59,584 nt of DNA from an uncultured archaeon (lineage in GTDB: Archaea > Halobacteriota > Halobacteria > Halobacteriales > Haloferacaceae), in NCBI GenBank assembly GCA_937138675.1, contig CAKZPG010000096.1:1-59584 (forward strand), given 5' to 3'. The translations under genes were made by a program, and so were the position numbers. The notes under the pieces are model-generated. The model searched no databases. It was not told where the DNA came from and saw only the letters and a program-made list of their open reading frames with translations. Below are positions 9,525 through 19,551 of the stretch, one piece after another. Each line of letters starts with the position of its first letter. Position 1 is the stretch's first letter.

Positions 9525-12482
9525 ATGGCACGAGACACGATCGAGGTTCGAGGGGCGACCGAGAACAACCTTGACGACCTCGACGTCTCAATCCCGCGCG
9601 AGGAACTGACGGTCGTCACCGGGCTCTCCGGCTCCGGGAAGTCGTCGTTTGCCTTCCAGACCGTCTACGCCGAGGGCCAGCGCCGGTATATCGAGTCGCT
9701 GTCGGCGTACGCGCGCAACTTTCTAGGACAGATGGACAAGCCCCAGGTCGAGGCGGTCGAGGGGCTTTCGCCCGCTATCTCGATCGACCAGAAGAACGCG
9801 GCGAACAACCCCCGCTCGACCGTAGGGACGGTGACGGAGCTCCACGACTACCTCCGTCTGCTCTACGCTCGCGTCGGCACACCTCACTGTCCCGAGTGCG
9901 GGCGAGAGGTTGGCGAGCAGAGCGCCTCGCAGATGGTCGAGCGTGTTCTTGCGCTCCCCGATGGCACTCGTGCGAAGATCTGTGCGCCAGTTGTGCGCGA
10001 CCAGAAGGGCGCGTTCGCTGACCTCTTCGACGATCTGCTCTCGCGGGGCTACTCCCGGGTTGAAGTCGACGGTGAATCTGTCGACCTGGGTGCCGAGACG
10101 CCCGACCTCGACGAAAACTACGACCACACCGTAGACGTTGTCGTTGACCGTATCGCCGTTGACCCCGAGGCTCGCTCGCGGGTCGCAGACTCGGTCGAGA
10201 CGGCGCTCACTGAGGCTGACGGTGTCGTGAAGGTGATCCTCCCCGACCCGCCCGCGGACACCGATCTGGACCTCGGCAACCGCGCGCGCTCGACCGGCGA
10301 CCTCGCCGGCGCCGGTGAGGACCGTCTCGTCGCAGAGCTGTCGGAGAGCCTTGCCTGTACCCACTGTGGCATCGACTTCTCCGAGCTCGAGACCCGGTCG
10401 TTCTCGTTTAACTCCCCGCACGGCGCCTGCCCAGAGTGTGAGGGACTTGGGTCCACAAAGGAGGTCGACCCCGACCTCGTCGTTCAGGACCCCTCGAAGC
10501 CCCTGCGGGACGTCTTCGAGCCGTGGTCGTACTCGCGGTCGTACTACCGGACCCGGCTCGACGCCGTGGCCGCACATTTCGGCGTCTCGCTCGACACACC
10601 GCTCGCGGCGGTCGACCCGGCGGTTCGGGATGCCTTTCTCTGGGGCACCGACGAACAGGTCGTCTTCGAGCGCCGGACGAAAACCGGCGTGCGGCGTAAG
10701 GAGAAGCGGTTCGAGGGGGTAGTGCCGAACCTCGAGCGCCGCCACGTCGAGACGGACTCTGAATCGACCCGCGACCATATCGAGAAGTACATGGCGGTGA
10801 CGACCTGTCCCGCCTGTGAGGGGACGCGTCTCAAGCCCCAGTCTCGGTCTGTTCTCGTCGACGGGACGCCGATCACAGCGGTGTCGCGGACGTCGATCGG
10901 CGACGCCCGCGAACATTTCGAGGGGATGGAAGCGCGACTGAGCGACCGCGACCGGACGATCGCCGAGGAGATTCTGAAGGAGATCCGCGCGCGCCTGGGA
11001 TTCATGGAGGAAGTGGGCCTGGAGTATCTGACGCTCGACCGCGAGGCCTCCACTCTCTCGGGCGGCGAGTCCCAGCGTATCCGCCTCGCGACACAGGTTG
11101 GGTCGGGCCTCGTCGGGGTGTTGTACGTCTTGGACGAGCCCTCGATTGGCCTCCACCGGCGAGACAACGACCGACTGCTCAACACGTTGGAGGGGCTTCG
11201 GGATCTGGGCAACACTCTCCTCGTCGTCGAACACGACGAAGCGACGATGCGCCGGGCGGACACCATCATCGACATCGGCCCTGGTCCGGGCAAGGAAGGC
11301 GGCGAGGTCGTCGCGAAGGGAACGGTCGAGGACGTGATGACAACGGAGGGCTCGATAACGGGAGACTATCTCGCGGGTCGAACGCAGATCCCCGTCCCCG
11401 AGGAGCGCCGTGGAGCGGGCGGCACCCTCGTCGTACGTGGCGCCCGCCAGCACAACCTCCGAGAACTCGACGTATCGATCCCCCTCGGCCAGTTCGTCGC
11501 CATCACCGGCGTCTCCGGGTCGGGCAAGTCCACCCTGATGCACGACGTGCTGTACAAGGGTCTCGCGCGGACGATGAATGACAACACGTCGGTTGACCCG
11601 GGCGAGCACGACGCGATAGAGGGGCTGGAGCAGATAGAGACGGTCCGGCTCATCGACCAGTCGCCCATCGGCCGGACACCTCGGTCGAACCCAGCAACCT
11701 ACACCGGGGTCTTCGACTACGTGCGCGAGAAGTTCGCCCAGACGAAGCTGGCGAAGCGTCGCGGCTACGACAAAGGGCGGTTCTCGTTCAATGTCAAGGG
11801 CGGGCGTTGCGAGGCCTGTGGCGGGCAGGGGACGGTGACGATAGAGATGAACTTCCTCTCCGACGTTCACGTCCCCTGCGAAGAGTGCGAGGGCGCGCGG
11901 TACAACACTGAGACGCTCGACGTGACGTTCAACAGCGCGACGATCGCCGACGTGCTGGATATGAGCGTCACGGAGGCCCACGACTTTTTCGAGGCCGACT
12001 CGCGGCTCGGCCGGCGGCTGAAGCTGCTTGAGGACGTGGGCCTCGGCTACATGCGTCTGGGCCAGCCTTCGACCACGCTATCGGGCGGCGAGGCCCAGCG
12101 GATCAAACTCGCCGAGGAACTTGGCAAGCGCGACACGGGCGAGACGCTCTATCTCCTTGACGAGCCGACGACGGGCCTCCACTCGGAGGACGAGCGGAAA
12201 CTGATCGAGGTGCTCCACCGCCTCGTCGACGCAGGCAACACTGTTGTCGTGATCGAACACGAGCTTGACCTCGTCAAAAACGCCGACCACGTGATAGACC
12301 TCGGCCCTGAGGGCGGCGAGAATGGCGGTGACGTCGTCGCCGAGGGAACGCCCGAGCAGGTCGCCGCCGTCGAAGAGAGCCACACGGGCCGGTACCTCCG
12401 GGAGCTTCTCCCCGCTGTCGACCGTGAGGGCGCGCGCACGGCACCGGCGCTCGAACCGGAGACAGGCGCGGGCGACGACTGA
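9525..12482 (+). CDS. uvrA: Excinuclease ABC subunit A
   Basis: ATG 9525 ([24 protein letters not shown]) gives 985 aa. Two Walker A motifs ([18 protein letters not shown]), two LSGGE signatures, and zinc modules CPECG, CTHCG and CEACGG. Confidence 0.97.
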   Translation: MARDTIEVRGATENNLDDLDVSIPREELTVVTGLSGSGKSSFAFQTVYAEGQRRYIESLSAYARNFLGQMDKPQVEAVEGLSPAISIDQKNAANNPRSTVGTVTELHDYLRLLYARVGTPHCPECGREVGEQSASQMVERVLALPDGTRAKICAPVVRDQKGAFADLFDDLLSRGYSRVEVDGESVDLGAETPDLDENYDHTVDVVVDRIAVDPEARSRVADSVETALTEADGVVKVILPDPPADTDLDLGNRARSTGDLAGAGEDRLVAELSESLACTHCGIDFSELETRSFSFNSPHGACPECEGLGSTKEVDPDLVVQDPSKPLRDVFEPWSYSRSYYRTRLDAVAAHFGVSLDTPLAAVDPAVRDAFLWGTDEQVVFERRTKTGVRRKEKRFEGVVPNLERRHVETDSESTRDHIEKYMAVTTCPACEGTRLKPQSRSVLVDGTPITAVSRTSIGDAREHFEGMEARLSDRDRTIAEEILKEIRARLGFMEEVGLEYLTLDREASTLSGGESQRIRLATQVGSGLVGVLYVLDEPSIGLHRRDNDRLLNTLEGLRDLGNTLLVVEHDEATMRRADTIIDIGPGPGKEGGEVVAKGTVEDVMTTEGSITGDYLAGRTQIPVPEERRGAGGTLVVRGARQHNLRELDVSIPLGQFVAITGVSGSGKSTLMHDVLYKGLARTMNDNTSVDPGEHDAIEGLEQIETVRLIDQSPIGRTPRSNPATYTGVFDYVREKFAQTKLAKRRGYDKGRFSFNVKGGRCEACGGQGTVTIEMNFLSDVHVPCEECEGARYNTETLDVTFNSATIADVLDMSVTEAHDFFEADSRLGRRLKLLEDVGLGYMRLGQPSTTLSGGEAQRIKLAEELGKRDTGETLYLLDEPTTGLHSEDERKLIEVLHRLVDAGNTVVVIEHELDLVKNADHVIDLGPEGGENGGDVVAEGTPEQVAAVEESHTGRYLRELLPAVDREGARTAPALEPETGAGDD

Positions 12483-12530
12483 GCCGCCGGAACCCGAACG
12501 GTTAGGTGCCGACCCGGAATCATCGGGGGC

Positions 12531-13733
12531 GTGACAGCGGACGAGGAGGAGCCGCGAACACGAATGCTCGCTGTTGCGAGCGTCTCGCTCCTTCTCTCCG
12601 TGCTGGTCTGGTTCAACTACTCCGCTGTCCTACCCCTCGTCGTCGAGGACTGGGGGTTGTCGGGGACGCGCGCTGGCGTTATCTTTGGCGCCTTCCAGGC
12701 CGGCTACCTCCTCTCTGTCGTCCCGGCGGGCGCGCTCACCGACCGGCGCTCTGCCCGTGTCGTGATGGCCGGCGGGGCCTTTGTCGCCGGTGCAGCGAGC
12801 CTTGGGTTTGCCCTCGTCGCCGACGGCTTCGTCACCGGCACCGTCCTGCGGGCCCTCGCGGGTGCCGGGATGGCGGGGGTGTACGTCCCGGGGATGCGCT
12901 TCGTCGCAGGGTGGTTCCCTGAGTCTGCGCGCGGGCGAGCAATGGGGGTGTACGTCGGCACCTACTCGACCTCTGCCGGTCTCTCCTTTCTTCTCGCGTC
13001 CTCGGCCGCGACGGCCGTCGGGTGGCGGACGGCGGTTGCGGCGACGAGCGTTGGCGCGCTTCTCGTTCCACTCGTCATCCTCGGGGTCGGACGCGACCCG
13101 CCGAGCGCGGGCGCGAGTGCGAGTGCGGACACGGGGTTTGACCTCTCAATCCTACGAAATCGGGCGTATCTCGCCATCGTCGGCGTGTACGCCTTCCACA
13201 ATTGGGAGCTGTTCGGGATGCGCAACTGGGTGGTCGCCTTTCTCGTCGCAGAGACGGCGGTGGACGGGGGTGTCGCAGGCACCGTTGCCGGACTCGTTAT
13301 CGTCCTCGGAGGCGCGGGCAATCTCCTCGGCGGCACGCTCTCGGACCGGTATGGCCGCCGCCAGGTCGTCGGGGCCGCCCTCGCAACGAGCGGTCTCGTC
13401 AGCGCTGCGCTCGGGTCGCTCGGCTGGCTCCCGCTCCCGGCGCTCCTCCTTGTTGTCGCCATCTACGGAATCGCGCTCACCGCCGACAGCGCGCCCACCT
13501 CGACGGCAGTTACGGAACTGGTCGCTGACAAGCAGATGGGTACCGCCCTGTCAATCCAGTCCGTCGTCGGCTTCTCGACGACTGTCGTCTCGCCTGTTAT
13601 CTTCGGTCTGGCGCTGGACCGCGCGGGCTACGCCGTTGCGTTCCCGACGCTCGCGCTCGGTGCGCTGGTCGCGCTCGGTGCGCTGGCTGCGCTCGGCCGG
13701 ATCGCCCCGCGTGCGACCGGGCTCAGGGCCTGA
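12531..13733 (+). CDS. MFS-type transporter
   Basis: 400 aa with a GTG start and about 12 hydrophobic spans. MFS-like loop GALTDRRSARVVM after TM2. Confidence 0.8.
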   Translation: MTADEEEPRTRMLAVASVSLLLSVLVWFNYSAVLPLVVEDWGLSGTRAGVIFGAFQAGYLLSVVPAGALTDRRSARVVMAGGAFVAGAASLGFALVADGFVTGTVLRALAGAGMAGVYVPGMRFVAGWFPESARGRAMGVYVGTYSTSAGLSFLLASSAATAVGWRTAVAATSVGALLVPLVILGVGRDPPSAGASASADTGFDLSILRNRAYLAIVGVYAFHNWELFGMRNWVVAFLVAETAVDGGVAGTVAGLVIVLGGAGNLLGGTLSDRYGRRQVVGAALATSGLVSAALGSLGWLPLPALLLVVAIYGIALTADSAPTSTAVTELVADKQMGTALSIQSVVGFSTTVVSPVIFGLALDRAGYAVAFPTLALGALVALGALAALGRIAPRATGLRA

Positions 13734-13775
13734 GTCGTGATAGGGCCACGCGGTGAACGTCGACGGAGACCTCGG

Positions 13776-13808
13776 TTTTGGGGCTCCTCGCCCCAATACT
13801 CGCCTTTT
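13776..13808 (+). terminator. Hairpin flanked by T4 runs downstream of the MFS gene
   Basis: TTTT (13776-13779) overlaps the stem-loop TTGGGGC-TCCTC-GCCCCAA (13778-13796), which is followed by CTTTTCC (T4 at 13805-13808). Confidence 0.4.
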
Positions 13809-14128
13809 CCGCCGGCTCCGAACTGCTCGTCGGGACGCGCGTGGGCCCCTTGTCAGCCGGCTGGCCGACGTCATAGTCTCTTCCTCGACGGGCACGGCGC
13901 CGTGGACGCGGACTGCTCTCCCGACCGTTTCCGGCGTGGCTCGGGCGGTGCTTGCCGCGGACAGGCCGGGCCGATGCTGGGCGGCCGACAACGACGGAGT
14001 CTGCCTGACTGCGGACTGGGGCGAGACGTAGACGCACGTCGCGGAGATGCAGACTCAACCGTCGCAAGAGTGGCGGCTGTTGGCTCGTCGCCGCAAGATT
14101 CAGGCCGCTCGCCCGTCAAATTTGAGCA

Positions 14129-14209
14129 ATGAACGACCGGCTACAGCAGGCGCTGGTGATTCTGTTCGTTCTCTTTATGATCCTCAGCCCCGTCGCCTAC
14201 GTGATCTGA
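14129..14209 (+). CDS. Possible 26-aa hydrophobic micro-protein (MNDRLQQALVILFVLFMILSPVAYVI)
   Basis: ATG..TGA ORF below the ORF-track size cutoff. One predicted TM helix. It sits 127 nt upstream of the CoADR gene in an otherwise ORF-poor 600-nt gap. No homology evidence. Confidence 0.25.
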   Translation: MNDRLQQALVILFVLFMILSPVAYVI

Positions 14210-14336
14210 CCGGTGCGTCCCCCGACTGTGGGGGAGTCATCTTAGGGCGTAGTGTCGACTGGCATCGGACGATGCGCGTTCGACTACCGACAGCGAAACG
14301 TGTTGTGAGCCCGACCATACAGAAGGGGGACAGACA

Positions 14337-16001
14337 GTGAGCCGGCGGGTCGTCGTCGTCGGTGGAAACGCCGGCGGGATGAGTACAGTCACGCGCCTCC
14401 GGCGGCTCGACGAGGCGGTGGAGGCGGTGGTGTTCGAACGTAGCGAGTACATCTCGTACGCAAGCTGTGGACTTCCGTATCACGTGAATGACACCGTCAC
14501 CGAAGGCGATCTCGCGGTCCTGACTCCCGAGCGCGTCGAGGAGCTGTTCGATGTCGAGGTGCGGACCGGTCACGAAGTCGTCGACGTTGACCCCGACACC
14601 CGGCAGGTCGTTGTCGAGCGACCGGACCGAACGGAGACGGTCGACTACGACGCGCTCGTCCTCTCGCCCGGCGCGGCACCGATCAAGCCGCCGATTGACG
14701 GGCTAGACTCGGTTGAGACCCACACCATGCGTACTATCGAGGACGCGCGGGCCTTGCGAGAGCGGGCGTCAGCCGACGACGTCGACCACGCACTCGTCGT
14801 CGGCGGCGGCTATGTCGGTCTCGAGATTGCGGATACCCTCGACGAGGCGGGTCCGTCCGTGAGCCTCGTCGAACTGTTCGACCGGGTGATGCCCCGGACG
14901 CTCGACCCTGCGCCGGCCGCCATCGTCCACAACCACCTTCGCGACCGAGGGATTGACCTCCGGCTGGAGACGGGGGTCAACACGCTTCGCGACGGCGACC
15001 GGACGACTGCGGTGCTTGATGACGCCGAGTTGCGGACTGACCTCGTCGTACTCGCGACTGGGGTGAGTCCCCGCACCGAACTGGCCGAGGCGGCGGGGCT
15101 AGACCAACACGAGTCCGGCGCGATCCGGGTCGATGAGCGACTCCGTACCTCGGTGCCGGACGTCTACGCCCTCGGTGACGCGGCCGCCGTCCCCTCAGCC
15201 GCTGGCGGCCACGCGTGGGTACCCCTTGGCGGCCCAGCCAACCGGGCGGGCCGCGTCCTCGGGAGCGTTCTCGCCGGACAGGACTCTCGACTCGACCCGG
15301 TCCAAGACACAGCCATCGCGAAGGTGGGCGACCTCACCGTCGGGACCGTCGGGGCCACGGAGCGAGCCCCTGGGAGCGCTGACGAACCACTAGAGAAGGT
15401 GTACGTCTACCCGCCCTCGCACGCAGAGTACTACCCCGGCGGCGACCGTCTGTGGCTCAAGCTCCTGTTCGACCCTATAGACGGGACCGTCCGCGGCGCG
15501 CAGGTTGTTGGCCGAGACGGGGTCGACAAACGGACCGATGTCGTCGCGACTGCAATCCAGCACGGAGACACGGTCTTGGACCTCGCCGGACTCGACCTGG
15601 CGTACGCCCCGCCGTACGGATCGGCCAAGGATCCAGTCAACGTCGCTGGTATGGCCGCAGAAAACGTCTGTGACGGCCTCGTCGAGCAGGTCCACTGGGA
15701 CGAGGTTCTCGACGGCGAAGTGACCCGCGAACTGATCGACTGCCGGCCACCGGAGATGCGCGACGCAGACGGGCACATCCCCGGGTCGTCGAACGTCCCG
15801 CTCCCGGAGCTTCGCGAGCAGGTTGAGGAGCTCCCCGACGAGGTCGCCGCCTACTGTAAGATGGGCCAGAGTTCGTACATGGCCACCCGGGTGCTGGGAC
15901 AGCACGGCGTCGACGCGGTGAACCTTGCCGGCGGCTACACGCTGTACGAGGCGGTGCGCCGTGACCGCGAAGCCCGCAACACGGCGATGGGCGACGACTG
16001 A
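14337..16001 (+). CDS. CoA-disulfide reductase / NADH oxidase family flavoprotein with C-terminal rhodanese domain
   Basis: 554 aa with a GTG start. FAD motif VVVVGGNAGG. Redox cysteine in SYASCGLPY. Second dinucleotide fold VVGGGYVGLE. C-terminal rhodanese active-site loop YCKMGQSS. Confidence 0.88.
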   Translation: MSRRVVVVGGNAGGMSTVTRLRRLDEAVEAVVFERSEYISYASCGLPYHVNDTVTEGDLAVLTPERVEELFDVEVRTGHEVVDVDPDTRQVVVERPDRTETVDYDALVLSPGAAPIKPPIDGLDSVETHTMRTIEDARALRERASADDVDHALVVGGGYVGLEIADTLDEAGPSVSLVELFDRVMPRTLDPAPAAIVHNHLRDRGIDLRLETGVNTLRDGDRTTAVLDDAELRTDLVVLATGVSPRTELAEAAGLDQHESGAIRVDERLRTSVPDVYALGDAAAVPSAAGGHAWVPLGGPANRAGRVLGSVLAGQDSRLDPVQDTAIAKVGDLTVGTVGATERAPGSADEPLEKVYVYPPSHAEYYPGGDRLWLKLLFDPIDGTVRGAQVVGRDGVDKRTDVVATAIQHGDTVLDLAGLDLAYAPPYGSAKDPVNVAGMAAENVCDGLVEQVHWDEVLDGEVTRELIDCRPPEMRDADGHIPGSSNVPLPELREQVEELPDEVAAYCKMGQSSYMATRVLGQHGVDAVNLAGGYTLYEAVRRDREARNTAMGDD

Positions 16002-16475
16002 GTTGAACAGGCGGCGACGGCGACTCGGCAAGGCCGCCCGTGGTGACCACCGGGTCGCCAACGAGTTCGAGCGGAAACAGCTCAGCGATATGCCAGCCTC
16101 CGGTGAAGCTCACCGCCGCCGCCCGGGAGTTGGCCGTTCGCTCGATTTCCAGCCGGTGCGACGGATCGTCATCGCCGGCTCGTCCGTGCCCCGAGAAACC
16201 AAACTGACCGCTGGAGCCGCTCAGAGCGCGGCGATCACCAGTCCAACAACTACTCCCAGGAACACTGTATAGACGGTCGCGACGACCGCAGCTACGCAAT
16301 CGACGGCGAACGCCACGAACACCGTGTCACCGTCCTGACTGATGGCGTTGGCGACGAGCGCAGACCGCGGGACGGCTCCTTTGGCGTACCGCAGACGATA
16401 GCTGTGGAGCGTTCTCCGCGACGCTCGTGGCTGAACGGACAGCTACTTGCCGACCGGTCCGCAATATCCTGTTGA

Positions 16476-17561
16476 ATGTACGACCTCGTCGTCGTCGGTG
16501 TCGGGCCTGCGGGGGCGCGGACGGCCCGCCGGTTCGCCGAGGCCGGTCACGACGTTCTCGCGCTCGAACGCGGCGAAGTGGGCCGCCCGCTCGCCTGTTC
16601 CGGTCACGTCTCGACAGACCTGTGGGCGTTCCTCGATGACGGCGCACGAGACGCCCTGCTCCAGAACGAGGTCCGGGGCGCGCGCTTCCACGCCGACGGC
16701 CCTGAGTCGGCGGACGAGGGCGAACGGTTCTATCGCAACGAGCCCATTTCGAACGTTATCGACCGGGTTGCGCTTGACCGACGGCTCGCCAACCTCGCAC
16801 GCGATGCGGGCGCCGACGTACGTGAGGCGCATACGGTGACCAAAGTGGAGGAACACACAGACTGCGTCGACCTCACCGTCTCGACGCCGTCGGGCGAGCG
16901 AGCGGTGTCGACCCGTCTCATCGCCGGGTGTGACGGCCCGACCTCGCGGGTACGGCGGGCGCTCTCGCTCCCCGAACCGGACGAACTGCTCCACGGTGTC
17001 CTCGGATTCGACGACACGCCCGACACCGGGGATTACGTGGACGTTCACCTCACGCCGCCACGGTTTTTTGCGTGGCGCATCCCCCGAGGTGAGGCGGGCG
17101 CGGAGTACGGCCTCGCGGCCCCGCCAGGCGCGGACGTGAGCGCGCGGTTCGAGGCGCTGGTCGACGCCCACGACGCCGACGTGACTCGGCGGTGTTCGGG
17201 CACCATCCCTATCGGGCCGCCCGCCCGAACGACGGGCGACCGGGGCTTTCTGGTCGGCGACGCTGCAGCGATGACGAAGCCGTTCACCGGCGGCGGCATC
17301 CTCTACGGGATGACCGCTGCTGACGTCGCCGCGGAGACAGTGGCGCCGCGGGACCCGTCGACGCTCGCGGAGTACGAGTCAGCGTGGCGGGCGGAACTCG
17401 GCCAGGAGATACGGCTCGGCCACTGGCTTCGGCGAGCGTACTCACTGCCCAATCCCGTCCAGCGCGCTGGCCTGCGCGCCCTCTCGGGCGAGGTGGGCGT
17501 CCACATGGACCGCCCGACGACATTCTTCTCGCGGGCGCACCTGCGCCGGCTCCTGCGCTGA
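16476..17561 (+). CDS. Geranylgeranyl reductase-family FAD-dependent oxidoreductase
   Basis: 361 aa. MYDLVVVGVGPAGARTARRFAEAGHDVLALE dinucleotide fold. GDAAAMTKPFTGGGI motif typical of the GGR family. Confidence 0.8.
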   Translation: MYDLVVVGVGPAGARTARRFAEAGHDVLALERGEVGRPLACSGHVSTDLWAFLDDGARDALLQNEVRGARFHADGPESADEGERFYRNEPISNVIDRVALDRRLANLARDAGADVREAHTVTKVEEHTDCVDLTVSTPSGERAVSTRLIAGCDGPTSRVRRALSLPEPDELLHGVLGFDDTPDTGDYVDVHLTPPRFFAWRIPRGEAGAEYGLAAPPGADVSARFEALVDAHDADVTRRCSGTIPIGPPARTTGDRGFLVGDAAAMTKPFTGGGILYGMTAADVAAETVAPRDPSTLAEYESAWRAELGQEIRLGHWLRRAYSLPNPVQRAGLRALSGEVGVHMDRPTTFFSRAHLRRLLR

Positions 17562-17564
17562 GCG

Positions 17565-18686
17565 TTAGTCGTCGTAGGTCGGCACCCGTGCCGACTGCGC
17601 GCTCCCAGCGACGAACGGAAGCGTGGTGCGCTCTGCAGGGACCGATCCCTCCGCTGTCTTGACCGTGAGGTCGCTTCGGTTGAGTTCGTAGGGAACGTGT
17701 GCGAACGCCGCCGGCATGTCGAGCGTGGGGGTCCTCGCTGCGCGGGTCACCTCGCCGATAACCTCGCCGTCGGCCATGACGTCGGCGCCGGCCTCGGGGA
17801 CCGTCTCAGGTCGGAGACCGACTAGCCGGCGCGAGGGCCGGCCGCGGTTCGCCACGCGCGAGACGACCTCCTGCCCGACGTAACAGCCCTTGTCGAGGTC
17901 GAACCCGCTCTGAAGGCCGGCGACGTTCGGGAGCGTCTCTGCGAGTTCCGTCTCGAACAGGGGTGTCCCCGCTTCGAGGGTCAGCGTCTCCCACGTTACC
18001 TCTCCGAACGGGACGGCGTTCAGCCCGCTGGTGAGCAGCGTCTCGAAGACGGCGGCGGCGTCCTCCCGCGCGCAGACGACGTGGTAGCTCTCCTCACCCG
18101 CCAGCGCCTCGCCTACAATGAGCGTGGCGCCCGCGTCGCGGGTTGCTGTCCGGACGAAGGTCAGGGGCTCTTCGGGCGGTACGGCGTCGAAAACGGAAGC
18201 GACCTTCTCCGTCGCATTCGGGCCGTGGACACCGAACGTACAGAGGTCATCGGTTGCGTCACGCACCTCGACGTCGCGGATGAACACCTTGCTCGCCCAG
18301 TCATCGGCCAGAGCGGCGGCCTGGTCGCGGGAGACGAGGAGCAACAGGCGGTCGCTCGCCGAGGCGTCGAAGACGTACATTTCGGTCTCTACCCTCCCCT
18401 GCGGGTCGAGAAGGAGAGCGTACCGCCCGGTCCCATCCTCGTAGGGTACCGGCGTTGTGACGGTGTCGTCGACGAACTCGTGGCGGTCCTCACCGGTGAC
18501 GACGACGACGCCCTCACCGCTGTCGTGGACGCCGACGCCGTTGCGGACAGCGAGGTGGGTCCGCTCCGGGCGGCCGTAGTGGGAAACCCGGCCCGCCGCA
18601 TCATGGACGGCGCCGTGGTCGGTCTGGAGGCGCCGGAGCGGGTCGCCGTCGGTCTCGCCGTCGGCCGCTGGCTGGTCTGCAGTCAT
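17565..18686 (-). CDS. YgfZ/GcvT-fold folate-binding protein
   Basis: Internal ATG 18686 (MTADQPAADGE...) gives 373 aa. YgfZ signature KGCYVGQEVVSRV. The upstream 32 codons of the ORF start at TTG and look non-coding. Confidence 0.8.
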   Translation of the reverse strand: MTADQPAADGETDGDPLRRLQTDHGAVHDAAGRVSHYGRPERTHLAVRNGVGVHDSGEGVVVVTGEDRHEFVDDTVTTPVPYEDGTGRYALLLDPQGRVETEMYVFDASASDRLLLLVSRDQAAALADDWASKVFIRDVEVRDATDDLCTFGVHGPNATEKVASVFDAVPPEEPLTFVRTATRDAGATLIVGEALAGEESYHVVCAREDAAAVFETLLTSGLNAVPFGEVTWETLTLEAGTPLFETELAETLPNVAGLQSGFDLDKGCYVGQEVVSRVANRGRPSRRLVGLRPETVPEAGADVMADGEVIGEVTRAARTPTLDMPAAFAHVPYELNRSDLTVKTAEGSVPAERTTLPFVAGSAQSARVPTYDD

Positions 18687-19128
18687 GTGATTGGCCTGTG
18701 TAGCATCCGACGGTGCAAAAGGGCACCAGTCAACGTGCAGCCGCGAGCCAAGGAGAGTCCACGCAGAGACTAGCCCGACCAACCGGATGCCCCGGCCGAG
18801 AAACCGAACGGCGATCGGGACGACCCGAAAGGCGACAGGGTCCTGTCACTCCGGCGCGAGGTGGTCAGTACGCCGAACCGAAATATTGTCTCGACCGAGA
18901 GCGTGTATCGATAGGTCGTCGTGCCAGCGGACTCCCGGGCGTGGGAGCCGGTGTAGCGGCCGACGACGGCAGAACAGGTCACCGGCGGCCATCTTGACGA
19001 CCATCTTCAGCTTCGGTCGCCAACTGTCTCGGGGCTTGACCGCGAGGCACCTGCCTTGTTTTATCGACAGAGTCAGCAAGCCCCTGTTTCAAACGGGTCG
19101 TGCTCGCGGGCGAGTGGGCAGGAGTCGT

Positions 19129-19425
19129 TCACAGGCCGATCCGGTCGCGGAGGGCGTCGATCATCGAGCGCTTGTCGGCGTCGGCGCCGGGTTCAGGTAC
19201 CACGCGGTCGTCGGGATAGATGAGTACCCTGTCGCCCTCGTGTTCGGCGCCGATCAGTCCGTCATCCTTCAGCGCCGACAGGGCGGCCTCGATGCGGTCG
19301 ATGTCGGTGTCGACCACCGCGCGGAGTTCGAGCACCGTCATGCCCTCCTTTCCTTGGTCGACGAGGGCGTCGAGCACCGCGACTTCAGCGTCGTTTCTGT
19401 CGCGGAACTCACGCTTCGCAGCCAT
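19129..19425 (-). CDS. Small winged-helix DNA-binding protein
   Basis: ATG 19425 (MAAKREFRDRNDAEVAVLDALVDQGKEGMTVLELRAVVD...) gives 98 aa with a wHTH-like pattern. Divergent from the zinc-ribbon gene at 19552. Confidence 0.65.
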   Translation of the reverse strand: MAAKREFRDRNDAEVAVLDALVDQGKEGMTVLELRAVVDTDIDRIEAALSALKDDGLIGAEHEGDRVLIYPDDRVVPEPGADADKRSMIDALRDRIGL

Positions 19426-19551
19426 GGTTATAGCTACGATCCCCTGCGGCTTACCGTTACCGCCCGTTGCCGGCCGGCGATGGACATCCGTCAGACGACC
19501 GTCAGACGACGGAGACAGGCTTTTGCGCTCCGGAAGAAATCTCTCTTCGAG

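Noticed and set aside
9723-11981. Very long antisense ORFs. The 752-aa ORF opposite uvrA is the largest. Others are 6181..7623 (+), 23261..24331 (+), 31700..32833 (+), 35540..36808 (-), 47822..49147 (-), 52617..53513 (-), 54511..55482 (-) and 49574..50380 (-).
   Set aside because: All lie opposite genes with unambiguous catalytic motifs. They are Arg/Gly/Pro/Val-rich and basic in an otherwise acidic proteome. They are the expected stop-free antisense frames of a GC-rich genome.
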